DNA from: Octopus sinensis
Taxonomy: Eukaryota
Assembly: GCF_006345805.1 (NCBI RefSeq)
Contig: NW_021829610.1
Span: 1-32,149, forward strand
DNA: 32,149 nt
Direction of reading: 5' to 3'
Below are positions 1 to 10,869 of the stretch, piece by piece. Under the pieces are notes generated by a model. It made no database searches and was not told the origin of the DNA. It saw only the letters and a list, made by a program, of their open reading frames with translations. Both the position numbers and the translations under genes were made by a program. The first letter of the stretch is position 1; each line of letters begins with the position of its first letter.

Positions 1-91
1 TAAATAATTCAAATTTAGCTAATCTATGAATATTTTCATTAAGAGAGTATTTAAGATTAAACAAACGTTCCACTTGAATATACATAAGCTT

Positions 92-514
92 GGAGTGGCT
101 GTGTGGTAAGTAGCTTGCTTACCAACCACATGGTTCCGGGTTCAGCCCCACTGCGTTGCACCTTGGGCAAGTGTCTTCTACTATAGCCTCGGGCCGACCA
201 AAGTCTTGTGAGTGGATTTAGTAGACGGAAACTGAAAGAAGCCCGTCGTATATATGTATATATGTATATATATGTGTGCGTGTGTGTTTGTGTGTCTGTG
301 TTTGTTCCCCTAGCATTGCTTGACAACTGATGCTGGTGTGTTTATGTCCCCGTCACTTAGCGGTTCGGCAAAAAGAGACCGACAGAATAAGTACTGGGCT
401 TACAAAGAATAAGTCCCGGGGTCGAGTTGCTCGACTAAAAGGCGGTGCTCCAGCATGGCCGCAGTCAAATGACTGAAACAAGTAAAAGAGTAAAGAGTAA
501 AGAGTAAAGAGTAA
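92..514 (+). mobile_element. SINE family A (tRNA-like head, internal TA/TG microsatellite, (AAGAGT)n-type tail)
   Basis: Aligns end to end with copies at 10464-10869 and 30533-30974; A-box-like TGGCTGTGTGG and B-box-like GGTTCAGCCCC; ends in gtaaagagtaaagagtaaagag repeats. Confidence 0.9.
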
Positions 515-898
515 TAAACAGCAAATCAGGTATTTCTCTGTTAGGAAGAATGTCCCCTGCAGCAAACATCTAGATATCTGTGCAAATGGAAAATTTTAAA
601 TATTCTCATTTTACAAAATAAATAATGACAAAGTTCAACTACGAAAGTCTGTTTACGAATTATATGATCATGGCTTGTACAACCATGTGCTGTCAGTCCC
701 AGAAATGGCTTAGCCTAAAAAATATTGCAAATGAAATAAAAGCAGCTCTAGTATAATGAATGTTATTAACAACATATACTTTAGGTATTTCCTGTAAGGG
801 GAACAATATGGATTTGCAAGGCATTTCTCATGTACAAAATGTGATATGTTTTTGTTACCAACATCCAAAGGTCGACTCACAATATTAAGCAAATGGAA

Positions 899-959
899 AC
901 ACACGCATACACACATACACTCACACACACACACACACACACATACACACACACACACA
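899..959. repeat. (AC)n microsatellite
   Basis: Direct reading. Confidence 0.95.
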
Positions 960-1019
960 GACTCATAAGCATGCATACATACAAACATAAATACGTACAT
1001 CTATAAATTCGTACGCACT

Positions 1020-1213
1020 TATGTGTATATATACATATGTATGCATATATATGAATTTAAATACATGTATATGTATATATATGTGTGTGTGTAAATATTA
1101 TATATATAAATGCACATATATGTGTGCGTGTTATAATATCTATATATATATATATATATACACACACCCATATATTGTTTACCACACTCACACATATAGA
1201 TAGATATGTACAA

Positions 1214-1268
<55 letters not shown>

Positions 1269-1309
1269 TTATCTCTCTCCTCTCTCTCTCTCTCTCTATA
1301 TATATATAT

Positions 1310-1348
<39 letters not shown>

Positions 1349-1400
1349 TGTGTGTGTGGTGTGTGTATACCTATATATATTATATATACATATACATAAT
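1020..1400. repeat. Compound microsatellite field (TA)n/(TG)n/(TATC)n/(TC)n
   Basis: Direct reading; explains the YIYI/LSIY ORFs in the track. Confidence 0.95.
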
Positions 1401-1815
1401 TGAGCGGTGTCGATTTAAAAAATTTGGTTATTAATATGAGAGTCGAAACATTTGAATGGCCACTCGAATTTATTTTGCAAAAGGGGATTACATTTGTGCT
1501 GCATGAGGAAAAATAGATATACTTCAACAAATAAATAGCGTTTTCTTTTAAATAAACGTATGCTGTATTTTATTATGGAGGAAATCGATAAATTTCGATA
1601 ATAGAAATAGATTTCATATCAATACGACTGCAATTTCATCTCTTAACTTAATTATTTCATATATTTTCAAAAAGTTTTGTTTGTGTTTGTATGACTGTCT
1701 GGGTATGTTATTATTTCATTGTTGATTCTTGAAATATAAATAGTATATTTTTGGAGTGTCTCTGTGGTTGACAAAAAAAGCTTTGAATCATGTTAATGCG
1801 ATAGATGGTACTTAC

Positions 1816-1887
1816 ATCGTGGTGGGGGAGTATATTGGTGGTTTGACATGTATCTCGTTTAACATATTGAGTTGTTTATGATGTGGC
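1816..1887 (-). CDS. Possible 72-nt internal exon (phase 2-2), PHHKQLNMLNEIHVKPPIYSPTT
   Basis: Minus strand: tatgtattacacAG acceptor, GTAAGT donor at 1815-1810, only one open frame. No homology recognised; short enough to be chance. Confidence 0.25.
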
Positions 1888-1979
1888 CTGTGTAATACAT
1901 ATTATATTAGATTCGTTACAGCAATCACATTTAAAAAGCTCATGACATTTACAAACGATAAATACATACATACACACAT

Positions 1980-1993
1980 AGATAGATAAATAG

Positions 1994-2058
<65 letters not shown>

Positions 2059-2068
2059 GGTGTATATA
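1980..2068. repeat. (GATA)/(TA)n/(TG)n microsatellite
   Basis: Direct reading. Confidence 0.9.
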
Positions 2069-2855
2069 TGAATACATTCTCAAATTACATGTACGCATAA
2101 ATACACACAGACTCACTCACACGTATGTATATTTTATATGATTTTAGTTTCCTAATGAAGGTAAATCCAGTAACTCTGAATCTCTTTACTTCGTAGCCAA
2201 TGAAATAAGCACTTTCCTATCGTAATATCACTTGCATCAACATTTTGTTAACTCTTATATACGAGTTTCCTAAACATTCAGAAACAACTAAAAATATTTT
2301 TCGATAGAAATAGAGTGACATATATTTTGCGGCCAGAGTTATGTTGATTTTATTAACATCAGTATTTGTCTATCACATCTACTATAGAACCTGGAATATA
2401 CACATAAATACAAAAGACCTCGGGCAGAATTGGATCGAAATGTAAACAAAATATAATTTATCAATTTTCTGGGATCTCCTCCAATTCATCCATCACGTTC
2501 CACTCTCTCATTTTCTCTCTTTTTCGATATGTGTGTGCATGTATGTTTAAGTATGTGTGTATGCTCCTGTTTTTTTTTTTGGGGGGGGGTACTTACTAAT
2601 ATACCCATATATAATAATATTTAATGCATGCTGTATATAGTTTCGAGCTACAAATAGTTTTACACAGCAAGATGTAAATTAGGCAGGTTACAATAACATA
2701 AGTATGTCTGCGAGCGTGTTACGAAATTTTACTTAGACTGTATCTCCGAAGCATGAAAATATTAGCTGCTCGTAATAAAAATATGCTGTGTACATTAAAT
2801 AATACCACACTGGATGGAGTACTCTTTTTGTTGATCTTATCTTAACAGAAAGTTA

Positions 2856-2886
<31 letters not shown>

Positions 2887-3150
2887 ATTATATATATATA
2901 TAGATATATAATATCTGACTCTGTCCGACTGTCTCGGCACAGGGGCCACTCGGAATCCAACCTTCTCTGTGAACAGGAACTGATCTTGTCAATTCCTTCC
3001 TTTGCGCCCTATGGGTTCACTCACTACCTTACCATATACCTCCGACTATTGTACCCCTGTCAGGAGCTTGTGTACTGCTGAAAGATCTTAGGGTCACTGA
3101 AGCACACAAACCACCGTACAGGAAGGAGTGGACGTTGTGGTGGATGTTGT

Positions 3151-3359
3151 TAGCACGTCGGGCGAAATGCTTAGCGGTATTTCGTCTGCCGTTACGTTGT
3201 GAGTTCAAATTCCGCCGAGGTCGACTTTGCCTCTCATCCTTTCGGGGTCGATAAATTAAGTACCAGTTAAGCACTGGGGTCGATATAATCGACTTAATAC
3301 CTATGTCAACCCATGTTTTTCCCCTCTATGTTCAGCCCCTTGTGGGTAATAAAGAAATA
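3151..3359 (+). mobile_element. SINE family B, long-tail type, 5'-truncated
   Basis: Matches other B copies; 9-bp TSD ggatgttgt at 3142-3150 and 3360-3368. Confidence 0.9.
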
Positions 3360-3739
3360 GGATGTTGTAATATAGTAGATAATTTTCTTTTCTTTGGCCT
3401 GACAACAGAATATATTATACTTCTTGGTTAGTTGCCTAGAGGATTCCAACTCGAATATTAGAAAAGATTCATCAAATGAGCGAATATATTTTATTAGGAA
3501 TTATTACCAAGATGCACATTCACACTCACACTCATATATGCACGCACACACAAAACACATCCTCATACACGCGCGCACACTCACACACGCATAACCACAT
3601 ACGCACCCGCGCACACTCACACACGCATAAGTACACACGCATACGCGTGAATAGAACTGCAACATTATATGGTTTTGTTTTCTTGTCTTAATTACTATTT
3701 AACTGTATACAAAATATGTTTGTATTTGTGGCTTGTATA

Positions 3740-3781
<42 letters not shown>

Positions 3782-3784
3782 CCA

Positions 3785-3990
3785 TGTTGATTCGTTAGCT
3801 ACTGCACGCATTTTTTTTCTCTCCTTCTTTCTGTGTTTTTCTCTCTCTGTGTATCTTTCTGTTGAAGAGCGTAGGCTCGAAACGTTAAAGACTTGTTTTA
3901 TTTATATTTCCTGAGCGCCATACAATACAATTGTTCGTTTGTTTTCCACCGCCTTCGTCTTTTGTTTATTTTCATAAAGCTTCCCGTTAT
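3785..3990 (+). mobile_element. Penelope-like pseudo-LTR remnant between (TA)n tracts
   Basis: Homologous to 7245-7425 (opposite strand); carries a hammerhead-like core and runs into (TA)n, as known for PLE terminal repeats. Confidence 0.6.
3854..3891 (+). ncRNA. Minimal type I hammerhead-like ribozyme motif (variant core CUGUUGA)
   Basis: TCTTT-CTGTTGA-A-GAGC(GTAG)GCTC-GAAAC-GT-T-AAAGA: stem I TCTTT/AAAGA, stem II GAGC/GCTC, palindromic stem III AACGTT. Activity untested. Confidence 0.6.
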
Positions 3991-4504
3991 ATATATATAT
4001 ATATATAGATATATATAATATATTATATATATAATACAATACTGAGAGGAGGAGAGAGAGAAAGAGAGAGGGGAAAACGTGTGTGGACAGCTCGTCTATA
4101 TTGTATAGAATTCCACACAAATATAAAATTTTAATGATAGAAGAATTTTTCGTAATACAACATAAAACTAAAGCAAATATATAGAATACGCATCTATCCT
4201 AAAACTACTAACCAAGGATTTCAGAATCCAGTTGCAAAAATCTACAGATATCGATAATAGCGAGTATAAGCGTTGTTCTTACGCAAGCGAATAATACTGC
4301 ACCTCCCAAATATTTGTAGCATTGATGATGGTTCTGAAATAAGGGTTTTCAAAAGGAATTTATGGCTAAATATTGAAAAATACGTAAAAATTAATCTAAA
4401 TAATATAATACAAGTAGAACGAAAATATATTTTCAAAATATGGAGTACACAACTACACCCCCAAATATTTATATGCGTGTATATATATGTTTGATGATGG
4501 ATAC

Positions 4505-4930
4505 TTCTTCACTGATGAAGACCATCTTTTCAATTAGTAAATGCCATCGGGTGATCTCGCATGACTAGCAAGTCCGGCCCCCGGAAAAAAATGTCCTACT
4601 GCAGATGATACGGAGATTAAAAAATTGTCTGGAATTGAGGTCAGTCGTGTCCAAGAAGTGCTCGTTTAAAGACGGAGTGTTCGATACTCCAGTTCGATAC
4701 TCCAGTACTTGACATGTTTTACAACCATCGTAAATCCTTTTTTTCCAAATTGATCGATTATACGTCACCTGTTTCCAGTCTAGAATATCTACACTAGGGA
4801 CCTCATGACTGTTTTCTATGACATCCCTAAACGTTTCTTAAATACATGGCCGAAAGTTTTCCGCCTTATAACTCCCCATAAAACAACTTCCTGGGCAACC
4901 TCTTATACGCCATCGTAACACAGACACCAC
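4505..4930 (-). mobile_element. RTE-clade LINE, decayed 3' end of ORF
   Basis: Minus-strand translation across stops and frameshifts: MAYKRLPRKLFYGEL*GGK ... FRDVIENSHEVPSVDILDWKQVTYNRSIWKKRIYDGCKTC ... CSRTF/AGLASHARS. Matches the RLPKKLFYGEL...RSAW...C..TF...GL.SH.R.H C-terminal pattern of RTE ORFs. Confidence 0.8.
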
Positions 4931-5749
4931 ACAAACATATACATGAATAATTACACACATACACACACACTCTATCTCTCTCTCTCTCTCTCTCAGTCAC
5001 GCACTCACACTCACCTCTCCACACATATTATATATGTGTATGTATACATATATACGTGTCTGCATGTACGTCTCCTTGTTTGTGTGAATGCATATATTTA
5101 TGCGTATGTACGTAAGTTCAATTTGGTAAGCTAGTTACAGACATAAAATTGAAAACATTAAAATATTGACTTGAGAATATATTCCCCAAAATAGGATTAC
5201 ATTGGTAATTCATTGTAAACATGTATGTAGTTGTAGAAATAAAGAAGATTTTTGTTTAATAAACAATTGGTGTTTTCCGGTAAGAAGAAAATCGATTTTT
5301 TTTTAATAGTTATGGAAAAATATGAATACAATTTATTACTTCAACTTTTGTCGCTTAACTTGATTATAAGAAATAGACGTGTGTTTGTACGAATGTCTGA
5401 GTATGCTATTATCACATTTTTTCCGACTTGAAATAAAGAAAATGATATAGAATATCATTGTGAGTGTCCCTTTAAATAATTTTACCTTTGTTCTTCCGTA
5501 GGGAAATTTTGTAACGCTATCTAATATATATTCCCTTTGATGTCTTGCGATTCCGACGTGGTCAATACTATACTTACCTTATACTATATTATAAATTGAT
5601 TATTGTATACATGGAAACCCTTAAGACTGAGGAACCTATAACTATTCTTCATGATGCTTCTGGTGTAGAATCTTGTTTCCCTAAAGCAAGTAAATTCAGT
5701 TCTTCAGCAGAAATACATTAGACTAAAAGTTTCAGGAATGGATTTTTGA

Positions 5750-6166
5750 CCGCTTTCGCATAAACTGATGTAATTTTTTTTCACTTACGTTGTCTTGAAG
5801 CTGTGCTGTAACTTCTGCCTCATAAACGACACCTGATCAAGTGTCCATGTTTCAGGTCTCGAGTGGTGCAGCTAGGAATGAGCTCTTGGTGATGCTTACC
5901 GGTGATAATATTGGTCATGTTCTGGCAGCAATGGTATGATATTTTAATCGAGTGTCAGTTAAATACCTTCCTGCATTTACATTTTATTGGGAAATGTCTA
6001 TCTAAAATCGACAGGAAAGTTTGCCTACGTTAATTGTAACATTCAATGTCAAGAGGGTAGCAAACCATATTATTTTCCTAGGTCTATTTATAGAATTATT
6101 CTTATGAGTTAGATTCAGAGTTGAAGGATTGTGATATATTTTGTAGTTGAAATTACACTTAGCTAG
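5750..6166 (-). mobile_element. Penelope-like retroelement ORF relic (RT-to-GIY-YIG linker and start of GIY-YIG)
   Basis: Translation across frameshifts: NRPRKIIWF..NVTINVGK / FLSILDRHFPIKCKCRKVFN*HSIKISYHCCQNMTNII / SGVVYEAEVT..NVSEK / NYISLCES. Matches the PLE pattern RNIIWFNPP..TNIGK.FL.LIDKHFP..IKISYSCMPNM..VVY.A.V..YIGL.E. Confidence 0.8.
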
Positions 6167-6184
6167 GAAATTGTTTCAGTGGTG

Positions 6185-6320
6185 AGTTGCCTTGAGCCTC
6201 ACACGGATACTGTCAGTCAAATTCGCTCACCAGGCAACGGCTAATCTGACATGGGGCTATAGTAAAAACACCTCGTCCAACAATGCTAACTAGCAGAACT
6301 CGAAACCACATGATTATAGT
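6185..6320 (-). mobile_element. Highly decayed SINE family A 5' fragment
   Basis: ggctatagtaaaaacacctcgtccaa resembles ggctatagtagaagacacttgctcaa of the 12122-12250 copy. Confidence 0.4.
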
Positions 6321-6409
6321 GTCCATGTCGCTGTACATTTGCTTACATACATACATGCATGCATTCCTTTATATATACATATGTGTGTATGTGTGTGGTG
6401 TGTTTACAT

Positions 6410-6672
6410 GAAGGTGCATGTTTCAGTGATTACAGCTCACAATCATGTGATAATGAGTTCGATTCCTGGACCGGCCTGTGTGTTGTGTTCTTGAGCAAGA
6501 TATTTTATTCCTCACTGCTCCAGATCACTCAGCTGAGGAAAGGATAACATCAATGGTAAGAAGAAGGGAGGCTGGTATGCATGGGCGACATCTTGTCTTC
6601 CATAAACAACCTCCACCGGACTTGTGCCTGGGAAGGGAAGTTTCTAGGTACAATCCCATGGTCAGTCATGAC
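6410..6672 (+). mobile_element. SINE family D, decayed, with internal deletion
   Basis: Shares head and 3' motif (tttctaggt.caatcccatggtcagtca) with 11142-11482. Confidence 0.8.
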
Positions 6673-6991
6673 TTTTACATACGTCTATGCATTCTGTATG
6701 TTATTGTGTCTGGACATAATTACTCCTGAACACGTGTAATATTAGTTAATTATACATTTGTTCCTTTATTTTCTAATTAATATCAATGTCTTCTACAATT
6801 TGTTTGCTTCAATACCGTCTGTCAATTGAATGATTTTAGCTGATTTTCAAATATTACGTGTCAAAATTGAGCACAAACTACACGCACACATACACACACA
6901 TACGCACACACATACACGCACACATAAAATAAAATATCATTATTATTAAAAATGATAATAATAAAGTGGCCAGGAAGCTTACATAAAAAAT

Positions 6992-7144
6992 TAGGGTAAG
7001 CAACATATATACCATCTTTGCTAGAAAGAAGAGTGAACTCTCCAAAACCTCATATTTCTCACTAAACAAAACACGTGAGAAATATATGTCTTTGGAGAGA
7101 TGACTTTTCTTTCTAGCATAGCTGGTATATATTTTTATGCCCTA
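6992..7144. mobile_element. Decayed foldback / MITE-like inverted repeat (arms about 70 bp, 12-nt spacer)
   Basis: 6992-7062 matches the reverse complement of 7075-7144 at roughly 80% by hand alignment; termini TAGGG...CCCTA; no TSD found. Confidence 0.7.
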
Positions 7145-7149
7145 AATTT

Positions 7150-7202
<53 letters not shown>

Positions 7203-7244
7203 AATATATATATATATATATTTACAGCTAAATATTTATATATA

Positions 7245-7425
7245 TAGTTGGAATTTACAAAAAATAAGCAAAAGACGAAGACCGGTGTGTAAACAAGAAA
7301 CAGATGTATTAGTTTAACGCTCGAGAAGTGAGAAAGTCTTTTTCGTTTCGAGCCTACGCTCTTCAACAGAAAGGAACATAGAAATAGACAGAGAGAGAGA
7401 AAATAAAAAACAGTGTCCACCGCAA
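7245..7425 (-). mobile_element. Penelope-like pseudo-LTR remnant, second copy
   Basis: Reverse complement is homologous to 3785-3990; its 3' end runs into (TA)n. Confidence 0.6.
7336..7374 (-). ncRNA. Hammerhead-like motif, degenerate copy
   Basis: CCTTT-CTGTTGA-A-GAGC(GTAG)GCTC-GAAAC-G-A-A-AAAGAC; same core as 3854-3891, but the U16.1 position is A. Confidence 0.5.
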
Positions 7426-7475
7426 CAAATCCCATACCACACGCTAAGATCTCTGGCCAGTTCTTCTCTACTTAC

Positions 7476-7610
7476 AACATATGCCCCGTGTAAACTATCA
7501 GTCGACATGTCTTTCCTACAAGTGTTCTTAAAACTTTTTAACGGGTCATTTACGGCATGAAGGTCTGAGAGGACTTGATAAATGTCTTTGGCACTTCTCT
7601 TTCTTCCAGA
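7476..7610 (-). CDS. Candidate 135-nt internal coding exon (phase 0-0), SGRKRSAKDIYQVLSDLHAVNDPLKSFKNTCRKDMSTDSLHGAYV; product unknown
   Basis: Strong acceptor (long T run then ctttccttAG at 7612-7611), GTAAGT donor (7475-7470), length 3n, only one of three frames open, non-repetitive composition. Confidence 0.55.
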
Positions 7611-8949
7611 CTAAGGAAAGAAAAAAAAATATTTATAATAATTCTCACCAAAATCAATCTCACAATATTTTATACTTTACACACGACTATATCATGCTAT
7701 CTTCATTTAAGCATGATCCTAAGCAAATTTTAATTTCTTTATAGAATTAGTTTTGCAGATAATATCCAACCGCTAAAATAAAATTTCTCGGCAGAAGTAT
7801 ATCTAAACTCTACTCAAACCATTAAATTACTAAGCACGATTCCACTTTGGGATTTTATTCTCGAGTTCTTTTATATTATACCAATTAAATTCTTTCTTAG
7901 CCTTTTTCGCCATCCACTTTACTTTTCTTTCCTTTCTCCATCATTCTACTTCACCTATCAACTAATTTCAGTCCACTTCTTCACATTACTAAAATTTATT
8001 TGTACTACAAATCTAATTCTTTATTTGGTGTTTGCTAAGCCAGTTTGGATGAAATTTGAAGTCGCTTTTATCTATTTAAATATATATGTGTATGCGTGAG
8101 CGTTTATATATGTCTGTGTATCTAGAAAGCAGTAAGCCTTTCTAGATTAGAATACTACTTTATTCTTAGTGCGGTTTCTGAATCAATCAACACTTGAAAG
8201 CCACACCAAATAACATCTTACACGCGCCAAAGTTTTGGCGTCTACGGAGCTGCTCATTCTGCTATAAAAAGCAATTACCTCGACTTCAAATCAAACCCGA
8301 ACACCATAAAAATTCGAGGACATTTTAGATGATGCGGATGGTCGATATACGCTGCTTTAAAAAGAATGACGCACATTCACGGTTTGAATGTCTTGTATTT
8401 GTTTAATAAGCTTTGACGTTGGGTTTAAGAAAAGAAAAGAAAAATCGCCACACCATTACACTCTCCGACCGTATCAACGGAATGTAACCTCTTGTTAAGG
8501 CGTCCACTTATTCCCGTTTTCTATTGTATTCTATATCATTGCTGCATAGAATTTTTTTTTTTTTTTTCGTGCTGGAAAACTATAAACTCAATATATTTAC
8601 ATATTTCATTTAGCTCAACTGCATTGCTTCACTTCACATGCATGGTAGTAATATCTTAGCGGAATATTTCATCCGTCACCGAACACCATGAACATAATAT
8701 CCACACTCTGCTTGTATTTCTTTTACAATCGTCAATAAACATGAAGTCAAGATGAACATCAACGATATTAGCTCAATTAAACCGAGATAGACAGAAAGGT
8801 TTATGGATGCAGATACTTTATTTGAGCTAATTGATAAATTGAATCCTGACAAATATCATTCATGATTGTTTAAGCAATGAATACAGAGGCAACAGTAGTT
8901 TTTTCACAATTATCCCAGTGCGTATATCCCATCATATCATCTGCGTTTT

Positions 8950-9143
8950 AAGGTGGCGGGCTGGCAAAACCATTAGCACACCGGATAAGATGTTCAGCTA
9001 TATTTCGTCCGTCCTTATTTTCTGAGTTCAAATTTGATTCGGAGTCGATAAAACAAGTACCAGTTGAGTATAAGGTTCAATTTTATCGACTATCTTCCTC
9101 CGCCGAACTTACTGACCTGGTACTAAAATTTCAAATCAATAAT
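8950..9143 (+). mobile_element. SINE family B, short-tail type, decayed
   Basis: B head and core; possible 8-bp TSD atctgcgt (8939-8946, 9144-9151). Confidence 0.8.
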
Positions 9144-9408
9144 ATCTGCGTAGTATTACAACAATGATATTGAGAATATAAAGTACGATTATAGACGAAT
9201 ATAAACCCGTAACAGATTTGAACCTCTATATTAGGGCTTCTCAGGGTGGGCATATTCCCCTACTGGTGGACATGAGCAAAAAGGTGGTGGGTGATGGAAC
9301 TTCAGAACAGAGATTAATATAAAAGAAGACTGAATAAACTTTCTATATATCATAAGTTCCTATAAAGGCACATGTTATATACTAAATTAATAAATTCTGG
9401 TATATTTA

Positions 9409-9409
<1 letters not shown>

Positions 9410-9447
<38 letters not shown>

Positions 9448-9535
9448 TATGTAGGTATGTATGCATGTATGTGTGTGTGTGTGTGTGCGTGTGTGTGTGT
9501 ATGTGTGTGTGTGTGTGTGTGTGTGCGTGTGTGTT
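9410..9535. repeat. (TA)n/(TG)n microsatellite
   Basis: Direct reading. Confidence 0.95.
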
Positions 9536-9624
9536 TATCCTCTTTGTTTTGCGAACCCATAACTTAGTAGTTCAGCAACAAAGACTGATAGAATAAGTTC
9601 CAGACTAAAAAATCTATCCCGGAT

Positions 9625-9716
9625 ATTGTTGTTGCTGTTGTTGGTTTTGTTGTCGTTGTCATTATTATTATTATCATTATTATTATTACTATTATTATTA
9701 TTATTATTATTATTAC

Positions 9717-9752
<36 letters not shown>

Positions 9753-9803
9753 TGGTAGTGGTAGTAGTAGTAGTAGTAGTAGTAGGTAGTAGTAGTAGTA
9801 GTA
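9625..9803. repeat. Compound trinucleotide tract (TTG)-(ATT)-(AGT/GGT)
   Basis: Direct reading; source of the poly-L/V/I/Y ORFs. Confidence 0.95.
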
Positions 9804-10463
9804 ATATAGATAAGGTTTATGTACTGGTCGAAGTAAATGAACCCGGGAATGGGCAACCTTTTTTCGATAAGCAGATCGCATTTGACAAAGCTTCTTATCA
9901 AGCGAACTGCACGGCTTAGTAAAAACAGAAAAAAGGAAATTAAGGCAGTTTTACATTTGGCCCGCCAGTCAGAAATTCCTGCGGGTCTCATTTTGCCTAT
10001 GACTTTTAAAATTTATTGGTCGCTAAATGTTATTTATCATTTGATATGAACGGAAGATGCGTACGAGTCATCTGCATTAAATGTTATGCATAGTGGTTTG
10101 CGTGGGAACAGAAACTATTGGAGATGTTATAGCCTGTATTCGAGGGTAACGTAAAGGCAGCTATTGCTATAGCTGTATTGAAATTAATGTGATTGCTGAA
10201 ATGTTATCTGATAATTAAGAAGCTTATATTCTAACAGAAATGTGGTTATCTAACGTGATAAATGATACATGTAAATTAATTTCTTATTTTACGCAGAATT
10301 TTTGTGAATACAGCATCGTTGGCTGTAAGATTCTATCTGGATAAATCACTAGCGCATTGTATTTATACTGGTGAGAAGGAGGAAGTTTTCACTGAACAAA
10401 TCAATAGGGGCAACTATTACTAATGATTTTCTCTCAAAAGTTTATATCATTTGCCAGTACATA

Positions 10464-10869
10464 GGCGTTGGAGTGGCTGTGTGGTAAGTAGCTTGCTCAC
10501 GAACCACATGGTTCCGGGTGCCGGGTTCAGTCCCGCTGCGTGGCACCTTGGGCAAGTGTCTTTTACTATAGCCTTGGGCCGACCAAAGCCTTGTGAGTGG
10601 ATTTGGTAGACGGAAACTGAAAGAAGCCCGTCGTGTATATGTATATGTATATGTATGTGTAAATGTGTTTATCCCCCCAAAATCGCTTGACAACCGATGC
10701 TGGTGTGTTTACGTCCCCGTAACTTAGCGGTTCGGCAAAAGAGACCGATAGAATAAGTACTAGGCTTACGAAGAATAAGCCCCGGGGTCGATTTGCTCGA
10801 CTAAAAAGGTGGTGCTCCAGCATGGCCATAGTCAAATGACTGAAACAAGTAAAAGAGTAAGGAGTAAGA
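10464..10869 (+). mobile_element. SINE family A, near full length, with long TSD
   Basis: Exact 20-bp direct repeat atatcatttgccagtacata at 10444-10463 and 10870-10889 (the last 1-2 bases may belong to the SINE head). Confidence 0.93.

Noticed and set aside
2910-3150. GC-richer island with a GTAAGG donor-like site on the minus strand
   Set aside because: No recognisable protein or repeat, and the open frame does not fit the phase of the 7476 exon; left unassigned.
5484-5518. 35-nt minus-strand mini-exon IALQNFPTEEQ that would bridge phases between the 7476 and 1887 exons
   Set aside because: The acceptor lacks a pyrimidine tract; the SH3-like look (YVIALQNF) does not continue; likely chance.
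3785-7425. Idea that the two pseudo-LTR remnants and the PLE ORF relic are one element
   Set aside because: They are separated by RTE, SINE and foldback sequence, each remnant has its own (TA)n flank, and there is no continuity or TSD.
9564-9991. Poly-L/V/I/Y ORFs, and a possible minus-strand exon at about 9830-9918 after a strong polypyrimidine acceptor
   Set aside because: The ORFs are triplet-repeat artefacts. The acceptor (ttccttttttctgtttttactaAG) has only weak downstream donors (GTTGCC, GTACAT) and no recognisable peptide.
10190-10330. AYILTEMWLSNVIND resembling a CR1/L2 endonuclease motif (ITETWL)
   Set aside because: A single short motif only; too decayed to call.
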